This document shows, one piece after another, positions 1-8,937 of a stretch of 64,000 bases of DNA. The DNA is from Candidatus Micrarchaeota archaeon. GTDB lineage: Archaea > Micrarchaeota > Micrarchaeia > Anstonellales > Bilamarchaeaceae. Where the stretch lies: the NCBI GenBank assembly GCA_964552755.1, contig CAZKHX010000003.1:11899-75898 (forward strand). Direction: 5' to 3'. Within the stretch, counting starts at the first letter, position 1. Each line of letters begins with the position of its first letter. The translations under genes were made by a program, and so were the position numbers. The notes below the pieces were generated by a model. It saw only the letters and a list, made by a program, of their open reading frames with translations, ran no database searches and was not told the origin of the DNA.

Positions 1-24
1 AAGAATTCGCCCAAATAGACAGGC

Positions 25-1491
25 ATGGGGAAGATAGAGAAAACGAGCTCGTTCGATGCGGCAATCGTGGCCATCCACCCGATAGTGCAGTTCATGGAGA
101 AGATGAACCTCGGCTTCCCGGACATATTCGGGGAGTACAGGAATATCATAAAGGACGGGCATGCCGAAGAATGGACCGACCCCGCCCGGCAGGCAAAGGA
201 CAGCAGGAGGATGCTGGAATACGACCGGAGGGAGCCGGGCTGGATAAGGCGCGTGAACAGGGTAAACAAGTGGAAGATAAGGCGTTTCCTTTCGTACGTG
301 GACGAGCTCGAGGGGCTGGATTTCGGGAAACTGGACAAGGAAGAGCTCATGGGCAGGTTCGTGACATTCACGGACGTGTACTGCGACCAGTTTGCGGTGG
401 GCGCAATCCCGTTCATATACAAGGACCCGGTTTCCGAATGGCTTTTCGGGAAGCTTGAGAAGAGGTTTGAAAATCCCAGTGAAATCATTTCGTACGTGAC
501 CGCCCCGGAGGAGGAAAGCTTCTCCCTTGCACAGAGGAAGAAGATGCTGGGGCTGATGGCCAAAATGGCGGAGAAGTTCGGCGCGGGGTTCTTCGGGAAG
601 GAGCCGCAGGAGATGAAGGCGGAACTGGAGGGGGAAAGGGAACTCTACGAAAAACTTGTGGAGCATGCGCGGGAGTTCCACTGGGTGGACAACAATTACA
701 GGAGGGCAAAGGTGCTTGGGCCGTTGGACTTCCTGGTGAAGATGAGGGACGAGGCGCTTTCGTTCTCTTCTCCGGAAGAGGAGCTGGAGGCGATACGGAA
801 CAAGCAGGAGGAGATAGCCGGAAAGAAGAAGGAATTCCTGCAGAAGCTGGATGAAGAGGAAAAAAGGATGGCGGAATTCCTCGCAGTGGGGACGGTGATG
901 CAGGACGACCGCAAGAAATGCAACCTCATAGGGGATTACGTCATATTCAAATTCGTGGGGGAAATCTCGCGGAGGAGCGGGGTGAAGGAGGAGCTGCTGA
1001 AGAACGCAACCCTTTTCGAATTGCCCCGCGTGCTATACGGCGACTTGAAGGCAGGGGAGCTGGAGGGGAGAGGCGGCAGGTGGTTCACCATTTCCCATTC
1101 CCACAAGGGGCTTTACGGGGAGAAGAAAATCATTGAAGGCCGGGAACTCGAGCTTGGCGGAACGGAGGAAGTGCATGAGTTCAGGGGTGTGCCGGCCTCC
1201 GCGGGAAACGCAAGGGGCGAAGTGTGCATAGTGAACGGGGAGAAGGAGTTCGGAAAGATGAGGGAGGGCCGCATACTGGTTTCGCCCATGACGAGGCCGG
1301 AATTCGTGCCGCTCATGAAAAAGGCCGCGGGCATAATCACGGATGAGGGGGGGCTCACGTGCCATGCGGCCGTTGTTTCGCGCGAGCTGGGGATTCCCTG
1401 CATAGTGGGGACGAGGAAGGCGACCGCCGTTCTGAAGGACGGGGACGTTGTGGAGATGGACGGGAAGACCGGGATGGTAAAGAAGGCCTAG
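25..1491 (+). CDS. PEP-utilising-enzyme mobile (swivel phosphohistidine) domain protein with uncharacterised N-terminal region
   Basis: The C-terminal ~90 aa carry the phosphohistidine swivel motif (ILVSPMTRPEFVPLM...GGLTCHAAVVSRELGIPCIVGT). The N-terminal ~380 aa has no motif I recognise. No ATP-grasp or PEP-binding TIM barrel is present in this ORF. Confidence 0.6.
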   Translation: MGKIEKTSSFDAAIVAIHPIVQFMEKMNLGFPDIFGEYRNIIKDGHAEEWTDPARQAKDSRRMLEYDRREPGWIRRVNRVNKWKIRRFLSYVDELEGLDFGKLDKEELMGRFVTFTDVYCDQFAVGAIPFIYKDPVSEWLFGKLEKRFENPSEIISYVTAPEEESFSLAQRKKMLGLMAKMAEKFGAGFFGKEPQEMKAELEGERELYEKLVEHAREFHWVDNNYRRAKVLGPLDFLVKMRDEALSFSSPEEELEAIRNKQEEIAGKKKEFLQKLDEEEKRMAEFLAVGTVMQDDRKKCNLIGDYVIFKFVGEISRRSGVKEELLKNATLFELPRVLYGDLKAGELEGRGGRWFTISHSHKGLYGEKKIIEGRELELGGTEEVHEFRGVPASAGNARGEVCIVNGEKEFGKMREGRILVSPMTRPEFVPLMKKAAGIITDEGGLTCHAAVVSRELGIPCIVGTRKATAVLKDGDVVEMDGKTGMVKKA

Positions 1492-2351
1492 CCCTTGTTT
1501 TTCCTCAGGGTGTAAATCCACTGGAACCGGAAGAAGGGATGGGAGCGGTCGTGCTCCGCGGAGAGGGTTTCGAAGCCGTTTTCTCCAAGCATTTTCTCGA
1601 ATTCGGGCTTTTCCAGGAACACTGCGGCCCATTTGCCCATTTTGTACTTGAGCTTTTCCGCCATCTCTTTCGGGATTTTGCCTTCCGCGGCAAGGGCATC
1701 CAGCTTCGCATCGTAGGCATCAAGGTGGTAGAGGCGCGTTTCCGGGTCGCGGACTTCCGGGTAGCGCATCATCTTGAATGCGAAAAGCCAGCGGTCCAGC
1801 ACATTTTCAAAACGGGTGGGGTTTTCGTTCGCTTCCCTTACCAGGTCGTCCCATGTGAGGTCGAGGTTTTCCTTCTGGAATATGGTTGTGGCGATGAGGG
1901 CGAGACCGTCCGGCTTCAGGAACCTGCGGATTTGCAGGAGGAGCTTCGGCTGCTCCCCATAATCTATGTTTATTATGGAATGGTCGGCTGCGATTATGTC
2001 GAACGGGCTTTCGGGGAGTTCCACTGTGAGCCAGTCGCCGATTATGATTTTTTCATCGGGGTTCTTTTCCGTGATGAGCTTTGAGGCGCTTTCCACCATT
2101 TCGGGGTTTATGTCCACAATCGTCACTTCGAAGCCGAGCGCATGGCCGAGCTCGCGCAGGGAGGGAGTTGCCCCGAGGATGAGGAGGTGCGGATTTTTCC
2201 TTTTTGAAATTTTGCGGAAGTGCTTCTCATAGATTTGCAGTTCCCCTTCGGAGGGGGTGAAAGGCGGGTTGAGCTTGCCCCACCATCCAAGCACGCCGTG
2301 CCATTTTTCCGTGTCCGCGGCTTTTTCTGCCATGCCAATCTCCTGTTTCAT
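1488..2351 (-). CDS. class I SAM-dependent methyltransferase (putative)
   Basis: ORF 1488..2576 was trimmed to the first Met after the upstream gene's stop at 2392. It has a Rossmann-like motif I region (HLLILGATPSLRELGHALGFEVTIVDINPEMVE) and later DIIAADHSI / LKPDGLALI motifs. An alternative start at 2333 (MAEK) is preceded by GGAG. Confidence 0.5.
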   Translation of the reverse strand: MKQEIGMAEKAADTEKWHGVLGWWGKLNPPFTPSEGELQIYEKHFRKISKRKNPHLLILGATPSLRELGHALGFEVTIVDINPEMVESASKLITEKNPDEKIIIGDWLTVELPESPFDIIAADHSIINIDYGEQPKLLLQIRRFLKPDGLALIATTIFQKENLDLTWDDLVREANENPTRFENVLDRWLFAFKMMRYPEVRDPETRLYHLDAYDAKLDALAAEGKIPKEMAEKLKYKMGKWAAVFLEKPEFEKMLGENGFETLSAEHDRSHPFFRFQWIYTLRKNKG

Positions 2352-2391
2352 GCGGGTGGAGCCTGCGCCGAATGCCGTCGCTGCGGCAGCC

Positions 2392-5300
2392 TCAGTTGAT
2401 GTAGCCGAAGGAGCGGAGCTCCTCGAGGGTTTCGTTGTCAAGGGGCGTGCCGTCATAGCCGTAGCCGCCGTACCAGCCGGGGGCGCCGTAGGCGGGCGGG
2501 GGCTCGGGGATTTCGGGCGCTGTGCCTTCCCCGCTGCCCGCATCCTGGGCGCCATGCTGCTGCTGCCAATCATCATAGGTGCCCCCGGTGCCGAACTGGC
2601 CCGCGCCTATCCATTGCTGCTGGGGAAATTGGGCGGACTGCAAAATGGCGATATATCCTGCAAGCATTGCATCAAGGTACGTAAGCATCGAGTATTCCGA
2701 GCCTGAGACGTTGTATTGCTCATCCGGGTCTTCCATCACATTGTAGAGCTCCACGTACGGGCTCAGCTGGTCGCTCCTCGGGCCGAGGGGCTGGGAAAGT
2801 ATGTATTTCCATTCATAGGTGCGGGCCATGTCCTGGCTCAGCCCGCCGAAGCGGTAGCTGGAGAAGACCTCGCTGCGCACCTCCTTCTCGGGCGCCTCCA
2901 TGGAATCGAAAAGGCTTACCCCATACGTATTGTTATAGCCCATCCCCATGAGCTGCGCAAGCGTGGGCGCGAGGTCCACCGTGCTTGCGAGCGTTGTGAG
3001 GCGGTTGCCCTGCGGCTCGGCGCCCGGCACGTAGATTACGTAGGGTACGTGGGTTGCGGTATCGTAGAGCTTGCGGTTCTCCGGGATGTTGCCGAAGTCG
3101 TCGCCCATCCCGTGGTCGGAAAGGAGGACGACTATTGTTTTGCCTTCTATGCCCTCGTCTTTGAGGGTTTGGAGCACGCGGCCCACCTGCCCGTCAACGT
3201 ATTCCACGCTGAGGGCATAGTTCTCGGTCACGTTCCTGCTTGCGCCTATGCCCGGCGGGTGGGCGTCGTAAAGGTGCATCCAGAAGAAAAATTTCCCGTC
3301 GCTGTGGTTCCTTATCCAGTCTATCGTGTAGTTCGCGGACATGCCGCCCCGGGTGCCCAGAGGGTAGCCGACGGCGCTTGAATCATAATCCTCGAACATC
3401 GGGCCGGTTGCGCAGGCGTGGAGGCTGAGGCCGCCGAAGCCCACGGTCGCCCCCGTGGAATAGCCGCTTTCGTTGAGCAGGTTGAGCAGGTTGTCGCCCG
3501 AGCGGGCGGCTATGCTGCCGCCGCCGTAATACCTGCCGGTCATCATTATGCTGTGGGAGGGGCAGGTGAACGTGAACGCGGTGTGCGCGTTCTCGAAAAG
3601 GAAGCCCTTTGCGGCTAGCGCGTCGATGTTCGTGGTATTTGCAAGGGAGTTTTCATTGTATGCGGAGACGTAGTCCGCGCGCGTGCAGTCTATTGTGATG
3701 AAGAGTATGTTGTAGCCGGTTGTGTCCGGGAGGGTGACTTTTGCCCCGGCCTCCGGCTCCAGCTCGGGCTCCTCGGGCTTCGGGCGGAGCAGGGAATGCC
3801 CGTCAAGCGTCGTGTCTTCGGGAAGGCCAAGCAGGTCGCGGAGCGTGGGGTTGATGTCCCGGAGCGCGGGCGTCCATTCCAAATCGATTACGCGGTTGGT
3901 GAAGAATACGCCTGTGGTCTGGTCCGGGTCGAGGGTGCAGTGGTCGCCGGACCATTTCTTCCAGTTGGGTTCCACTATCTCGGGCGGGACGCCTCCAAGC
4001 GAGGTCTGCCACGAGACGCGGTAGCCGGGGTTGAAGGAGATTATGAGGTCGGCGGCATGGTCCGTGTATGCTCCATGGTAGATGTCCTCGCGCTTCTGCA
4101 CCTTCGCGATTATCCTCTGGCCGGTTGCGGGGTCGCGCAGCTTTAGCAGCTTCTCCGCTATTTCATCGCGGAGCGCATCATATTCTTCTTCCGATACCGT
4201 GCCCTGCGACTCGCGGCCCTCGCGGTTAATGTAGATGTTTCCGAGGCCAAGGGAATACGCCTGCGTCTCATTCAGCAGGACGTCGTTCCAGAAAAGGCCC
4301 TTTTCTCCATAGAGGCTGTTGAGCTTGTAGTACTGGGTGTCCGCACCTGGCTTCTTGGTGAGGTAGCCGTTTTCATAGAGCCAGGTGTTGAGGTTGACCG
4401 CATAGCGGAATGGGTTGAATCCGTGGTCGCTCATCACTATTATTGTAGTATCATCATCTGCCTTTTCCATTACTTTTCCAAGCACTTCGTCCATGCGCTG
4501 GTAGATGCGGAGTATTTCGCCCTCATGCTTTTCGCGCTCGTCTTCGGGGATATAATAGTAATTCGGGTTCTCCGGGTCCATGTAGCGGTAGAATGTATGC
4601 TGGAGCGTATCGGTCTGGTAGAAGACGACCATCAGGAGGTCCGGCTCTTTTTCCATCTCTTCCAATACCAGCTTTTCCTTGTGCTCGAGTGTGCGGTAGG
4701 CGTCCTGCAGGAACACTGCCTCGTCTATTGCCTCATCATTCAGGGCCCAGGTATCATCGGCCCAGCCGACTGTCTTGTACATGCCGAGCTCCTGCGCGAC
4801 ATCTGCGGAATAGCCTTCGGGAGTGGAGATGCGGAAGAACGGCTCGCGCGGGTCCATGCTAACCGGCTGGAGATAGAGATAGAGCGGGTCCGCATCCACA
4901 AGATAGAAGCGGGCGGAGCCCTTGAGCTTTATTATGGGGTGGACGTCAAAGGAGAAGTCTGCCCAGTCGCTCCATTCGCCCTCGCGGAGCTCATATTCCC
5001 TGCCTCCAAAGGAGAGGGTCACGGAGTTGAAGGAAGTGCGCGTGATTGTCATGTTGATTGTGTAGCCCTGCGGGCCGTAGAGCAGGGCCTGTGCGGAATC
5101 GCCCTCGAAATGGACCGGGATGAAATTGCCGCCCATGAGGGTTTCGGCCTCCGGCGCGTCCTCAGCATAGATGTTGAAAGTGCCCCACGTGGCGCGGATG
5201 TCCGGGGTGCCGAGTCCGGAAATCATGTGGCCGCGGAAATCCTCCGCAGGGAAGGTTACGGGGTAGGTAATTATGCTGCTCCAGCCGCCATTGTCGCTTA

Positions 5301-5727
5301 TTGTTTCCCATATTGAGGTTCCGTTCTTCGTATTGTATACTATGGGCTTGCCGCCTTCCACCTCCTCCTTCTTTATTATGGAAATGCGCGGCATATAGGT
5401 TTCCGGGTCGCGGTCAAGGAAATCGAGCACATTGTGGCGGCCGGGGTTGAGGCCGGTGGCGGCCGTGGTCCAGGCAACCGGGGTGTCCGCAGGGGTGGTT
5501 GTGCGCAGCGGGGAATATGTGCCCTGCGAGCGCAGGCGCGCAAGGTTCGGGAGCTTGCCCTCGTCCATCCATTTCTCCGCAAGGTCGGAGTCCATGCCAT
5601 CGAAGCCGAGGACGACTACCTTCTTTTCCGCAGGGGGGTAATAATTGGAAATTGAATCGTATGCTAGATATATTGCGCCGATTGCAATCATCGCCGCAAG
5701 CGCATAAGCAAGAAATCGGACGTTCAT
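2392..5727 (-). CDS. membrane-anchored or secreted two-module alkaline-phosphatase-superfamily protein (nucleotide pyrophosphatase/phosphodiesterase-like N-module plus sulfatase-like C-module)
   Basis: The start was set at MNVRFLAYALAAMIAIGAIYLAY, an N-terminal TM/signal anchor. The N-module VVVLGFDGMDSDL...TTTPADTPVAWTTAATGLNPGRHNV is typical of type I phosphodiesterase/NPP. The C-module ILFITIDCTRADY...FTCPSHSIMMTGRY and LLSDHGM is sulfatase-like. The tail is G/Y-rich. Confidence 0.6.
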   Translation of the reverse strand: MNVRFLAYALAAMIAIGAIYLAYDSISNYYPPAEKKVVVLGFDGMDSDLAEKWMDEGKLPNLARLRSQGTYSPLRTTTPADTPVAWTTAATGLNPGRHNVLDFLDRDPETYMPRISIIKKEEVEGGKPIVYNTKNGTSIWETISDNGGWSSIITYPVTFPAEDFRGHMISGLGTPDIRATWGTFNIYAEDAPEAETLMGGNFIPVHFEGDSAQALLYGPQGYTINMTITRTSFNSVTLSFGGREYELREGEWSDWADFSFDVHPIIKLKGSARFYLVDADPLYLYLQPVSMDPREPFFRISTPEGYSADVAQELGMYKTVGWADDTWALNDEAIDEAVFLQDAYRTLEHKEKLVLEEMEKEPDLLMVVFYQTDTLQHTFYRYMDPENPNYYYIPEDEREKHEGEILRIYQRMDEVLGKVMEKADDDTTIIVMSDHGFNPFRYAVNLNTWLYENGYLTKKPGADTQYYKLNSLYGEKGLFWNDVLLNETQAYSLGLGNIYINREGRESQGTVSEEEYDALRDEIAEKLLKLRDPATGQRIIAKVQKREDIYHGAYTDHAADLIISFNPGYRVSWQTSLGGVPPEIVEPNWKKWSGDHCTLDPDQTTGVFFTNRVIDLEWTPALRDINPTLRDLLGLPEDTTLDGHSLLRPKPEEPELEPEAGAKVTLPDTTGYNILFITIDCTRADYVSAYNENSLANTTNIDALAAKGFLFENAHTAFTFTCPSHSIMMTGRYYGGGSIAARSGDNLLNLLNESGYSTGATVGFGGLSLHACATGPMFEDYDSSAVGYPLGTRGGMSANYTIDWIRNHSDGKFFFWMHLYDAHPPGIGASRNVTENYALSVEYVDGQVGRVLQTLKDEGIEGKTIVVLLSDHGMGDDFGNIPENRKLYDTATHVPYVIYVPGAEPQGNRLTTLASTVDLAPTLAQLMGMGYNNTYGVSLFDSMEAPEKEVRSEVFSSYRFGGLSQDMARTYEWKYILSQPLGPRSDQLSPYVELYNVMEDPDEQYNVSGSEYSMLTYLDAMLAGYIAILQSAQFPQQQWIGAGQFGTGGTYDDWQQQHGAQDAGSGEGTAPEIPEPPPAYGAPGWYGGYGYDGTPLDNETLEELRSFGYIN

Positions 5728-5751
5728 ACGGAGTAAAGATGGGGGGCAAAG

Positions 5752-5759
5752 CTTAAATT
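5752..5759. promoter_or_regulatory. shared bidirectional TATA-like box (CTTAAATT)
   Basis: Its centre is ~26.5 nt from GTG 5782 (+, UbiA) and ~28.5 nt from ATG 5727 (-, phosphatase-superfamily protein). Confidence 0.35.
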
Positions 5760-5781
5760 GCATTTCCCCGCAAAACCTTCC

Positions 5782-6657
5782 GTGAGGCCGGTTGATTTTG
5801 TAGGGCTGATAAGGCCCTTTACGCTCCTTGCCCCATTTGCCGGAATATGCGCAGGCGGGCTTGCCGCAGCGAGCGCCATAAATGCGCCGCTCAGCATATT
5901 CTGGGTTTCAATCCTTGCGGCGGCAGTGAGCGCCGCGCTGCTCAATGCGGCTTCCAACGCATTCAACCAGGCATGCGATGTGGAGGCGGACGGGGTGAAC
6001 AAGCCGCACAGGCCCATTCCCTCGGGAAGGGTGAGCGAGGGGCAGGCGGTTGCGCTTGCCGCAATAGTCTATATTATTGCGCTCGCGCTTGCATGGTCGG
6101 TGAACATTGTCTTCTTTGCGCTTGCGGCGTTTGCCACGGTGCTTACGATATTCTACTCATGGCATGCGGTTAGGCTGAAGCGGCACGGGTGGGTGGCGAA
6201 TGCAACGGTTGCGCTTTCCAGGGGCATGCTGCTCATTGTCGCGGGATGGTCGGTGGTGGCATTCCCGTCTTCGGTTGCGCCGTGGTTCATAGGCGCGATA
6301 TTCGGGCTGTTCCTGCTGGGCGCGGCAACCACGAAGGACTTTGCGGACGTTGCCGGGGACGCGAAGCAGAACGTGCGCACCCTGCCCATAATGTACGGGA
6401 CAGGCAAGGCGGCAAGGAGCACCGCGCCTTTCCTTGTGCTCCCTTTCCTGCTTTTCCCCATAGGGGTTTACCTTGGGATACTCCCCTTGGCCGCGGGGTT
6501 CCTTGCGGTGCTTTCGGTCTGGGGGGCGTATGCTGCGCATTTGATACTCAAGAATCCGGAAGGGCTTGTGCGCGGCTCCAACCATCCCTCGTGGAAGCAT
6601 ATGTACCTCATAATGGTCGCGGGGTACGTGGGGATGGTCATTTCCTACTGGATTTGA
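5782..6657 (+). CDS. UbiA-family prenyltransferase (possibly the archaeal lipid DGGGP synthase type)
   Basis: It has the NAFNQACDVEADGVNKPHRPIPSGR motif (NxxxDxxxD...RPxxSG) and about 8 TM helices. The ORF has no early ATG, so I chose GTG at 5782, which sits ~26 nt from a TATA-like CTTAAATT. The track start at 5758 is TTG. Confidence 0.7.
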   Translation: MRPVDFVGLIRPFTLLAPFAGICAGGLAAASAINAPLSIFWVSILAAAVSAALLNAASNAFNQACDVEADGVNKPHRPIPSGRVSEGQAVALAAIVYIIALALAWSVNIVFFALAAFATVLTIFYSWHAVRLKRHGWVANATVALSRGMLLIVAGWSVVAFPSSVAPWFIGAIFGLFLLGAATTKDFADVAGDAKQNVRTLPIMYGTGKAARSTAPFLVLPFLLFPIGVYLGILPLAAGFLAVLSVWGAYAAHLILKNPEGLVRGSNHPSWKHMYLIMVAGYVGMVISYWI

Positions 6658-7843
6658 GCGAAAGCTGCGCCCTGAAGTAGGCCTGGAACGCGGCTTTCAT
6701 TGCCTCCAATTTTGCGAGCTGGAGTTTCTGCTTCGGGGTCAATTCAGGCACGAAATAGGCGCATTCCTCGGGGAGCATCACTATGCTCACCTTTATGTTC
6801 GGGGCGATTCCAAAGGGGATGCCGTAGTCCAGGCAGGCGGTATAGAGCCTGCGGAAAACCGGAAGCATCTCCTCGTATTTCGGGGGCGGGGTGTCCTGGT
6901 AATCTGTGCCCCTGCAGGGGCGGAACACGCATACCGTGGAGACCGCGCCCATCTTTGCGAACTTCTCTATGCCCTCGATTGTGCTTTCAGGGCTTTCGAG
7001 TCCGGCAATTATCTCCCCGGCTACCTTGCCCTTGCCGAAAAGCCTTGAGCAGTACTCTATTGCGCGCAGGAAACGCTCCTGGCCAAGGTATTTTGCCTTG
7101 CCCGGGCAGGTCCTTGTGAATTCCGCCGGGTCAACTATCTCCATGCAGAAGGAAACGTGGTCCACCCCGAGCTCCTTGAGGCGGTCATACTTGCTGAGGT
7201 CATCAGAGGGGATTGCCTGCACGCCCACGAGCAGACCGGTTTTCCCCTTTATTGCCCTTATATAGGGCTCGAGCTTCTCCAACTCATCGCCTGCTTCGCA
7301 GAAGCCGGAATTGAAATGCACGAAGGTTACGCCGCATTCATCGCGGGCGGCAATTGCGGTTTCCACCACTTCCTCGACCTTTTTCTCCTCTTCCTCTGTT
7401 TCGCCGAGATTGAGGCCCACGGAACAGAACTTGCAGTTCATGCGCGGTTCCATCTTCCAGAATTCGCAGAGCGCGGTGGGGTAGATGCCAAGATAGGTGC
7501 CCTGCAGCACGCCCACGCGGCTCATCTGCTTGCCGCTCGAGGTTTTCATATCGTAGAACTTTGGGCGTGGGAGGAGCTTTACTTCCGCAACTTCTTCGCC
7601 TTCGCGCCTTATTGTGTATTTTTCGCCTTCCCTGTGCAGAATGTAGGGGGAAGTTTTTGCAAAATCCTCTTCAACCGGGATATTGGTGTAGATGCCTCTG
7701 GGGAGCAGCACTTCAAGGCCGCTGCCGAGGCCGCCGCGTGTGCGGAGCAGGCCCCTGCCGTCGTCATCCGGATTGCAGCTTTCATGGATGCGCATCCCCT
7801 TGCAGTAGAGGTCCAGCTTGAGCTCTCCCGGGTTGAGGCGCAT
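6638..7843 (-). CDS. radical-SAM-like Fe-S TIM-barrel protein (non-canonical Cys spacing)
   Basis: It has the Cys cluster C126-x10-C137-x2-C140 (ALCEFWKMEPRMNCKFCSVG). A downstream VAGEIIAGLESPE box resembles the biotin-synthase-type GxIxGxxE motif. The family assignment is tentative. Confidence 0.45.
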   Translation of the reverse strand: MRLNPGELKLDLYCKGMRIHESCNPDDDGRGLLRTRGGLGSGLEVLLPRGIYTNIPVEEDFAKTSPYILHREGEKYTIRREGEEVAEVKLLPRPKFYDMKTSSGKQMSRVGVLQGTYLGIYPTALCEFWKMEPRMNCKFCSVGLNLGETEEEEKKVEEVVETAIAARDECGVTFVHFNSGFCEAGDELEKLEPYIRAIKGKTGLLVGVQAIPSDDLSKYDRLKELGVDHVSFCMEIVDPAEFTRTCPGKAKYLGQERFLRAIEYCSRLFGKGKVAGEIIAGLESPESTIEGIEKFAKMGAVSTVCVFRPCRGTDYQDTPPPKYEEMLPVFRRLYTACLDYGIPFGIAPNIKVSIVMLPEECAYFVPELTPKQKLQLAKLEAMKAAFQAYFRAQLSLKSSRK

Positions 7844-7903
7844 GGGAAGAAATTATGGCGAGGGCTTAAAATAGGTATTGGAATATAGAGCATTGTTTTT
7901 GGG

Positions 7904-8917
7904 GTGAATTTTGTGATTATAGGGCTTACAGGGGAAAATTGCTCTGGCAAGGGGACAAGCGCGGAATACCTGAAGAAGAAGGGCTTCTACTACCTTTCGC
8001 TTTCCGATGTGATACGCGAGGAGGTCGCGGCGGGAGGCGGGGAGGCGACGAGGCACAACCTTATTGCGAAGGGCACGCAGCTCAGGCAGGAGCACGGGCC
8101 GGGGGTGCTTGCCAAGAAGGTGGTTGGGAAGATGGAGAAGGACCGCAACTACGTTGTGGACTCCATCAGGACGCCCGGGGAGGTAAAGGAGCTGAAGAAG
8201 CTCCCGGAATTCTTCCTTGTTTACGTTACTTCGCACCCGAAAGTGCGGTTTGAGAGGATGAAGGAGCGGGGGAGGGAGAGCGACCCGCAGACCTACGAGG
8301 CCTTCCAGAAAATTGAGAACATAGAGATGAAGAGCGAGGAGCAGGAGGGGCAGAACCTCGAGGAGACGGTGCAGCTCGCGGACAAGAAGGTCGTGAACGA
8401 CGGCAGCGTGGACGAGCTCAGGGACAGGTGGGATGCACTTCTCGGGGAGCTTTCAAAGGAATTCAGGGTGGAAAGGCCGAGCTGGGACGAGTACTTCATG
8501 AACATCGCCAAGGAGGTTGCGAAGAGGAGCAACTGCATGAAGCGGAAGGTCGCTGCAATCATTGTGAGGGACAAGAGGATTGTTTCCACCGGGTATAATG
8601 GGACTCCCAGGGGGACGAAGAACTGCAATGAAGGGGGCTGCCCGCGGTGCAACAACTTTGCGGAGAGCGGGACCAAGCTGGAGGAATGCTTCTGCTCGCA
8701 CGGGGAGGAGAACGCGATCGTGCAGGCATCATACCACGGGATTTCGGTTAAGGACGGGGTGCTGTATACTACTTTTTGCCCTTGCCTGTACTGCACGCGG
8801 ATGATTATCAATGCAGGGATAAGGGAAGTTGTTTACAATGCGGATTACCCCCTGCATGAGAATGCATTGGGGCTGCTCCAGGAAGCCGGCGTAACGGTAA
8901 GGAAGATGAAGCTGTGA
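7904..8917 (+). CDS. P-loop nucleotide kinase-like domain fused to dCMP (deoxycytidylate) deaminase
   Basis: The N-terminus has Walker A IIGLTGENCSGKGT. The C-terminal half has SWDEYFMNIAKEVAKRSNC...TGYNGTPRG, zinc ligands HGEENA and PCLYCTRMIINAGI (ComEB/dCMP deaminase). The start is GTG at 7904 or 7913. Confidence 0.7.
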   Translation: MNFVIIGLTGENCSGKGTSAEYLKKKGFYYLSLSDVIREEVAAGGGEATRHNLIAKGTQLRQEHGPGVLAKKVVGKMEKDRNYVVDSIRTPGEVKELKKLPEFFLVYVTSHPKVRFERMKERGRESDPQTYEAFQKIENIEMKSEEQEGQNLEETVQLADKKVVNDGSVDELRDRWDALLGELSKEFRVERPSWDEYFMNIAKEVAKRSNCMKRKVAAIIVRDKRIVSTGYNGTPRGTKNCNEGGCPRCNNFAESGTKLEECFCSHGEENAIVQASYHGISVKDGVLYTTFCPCLYCTRMIINAGIREVVYNADYPLHENALGLLQEAGVTVRKMKL

Positions 8918-8937
8918 GGCCGGCTATGTAACCATGG

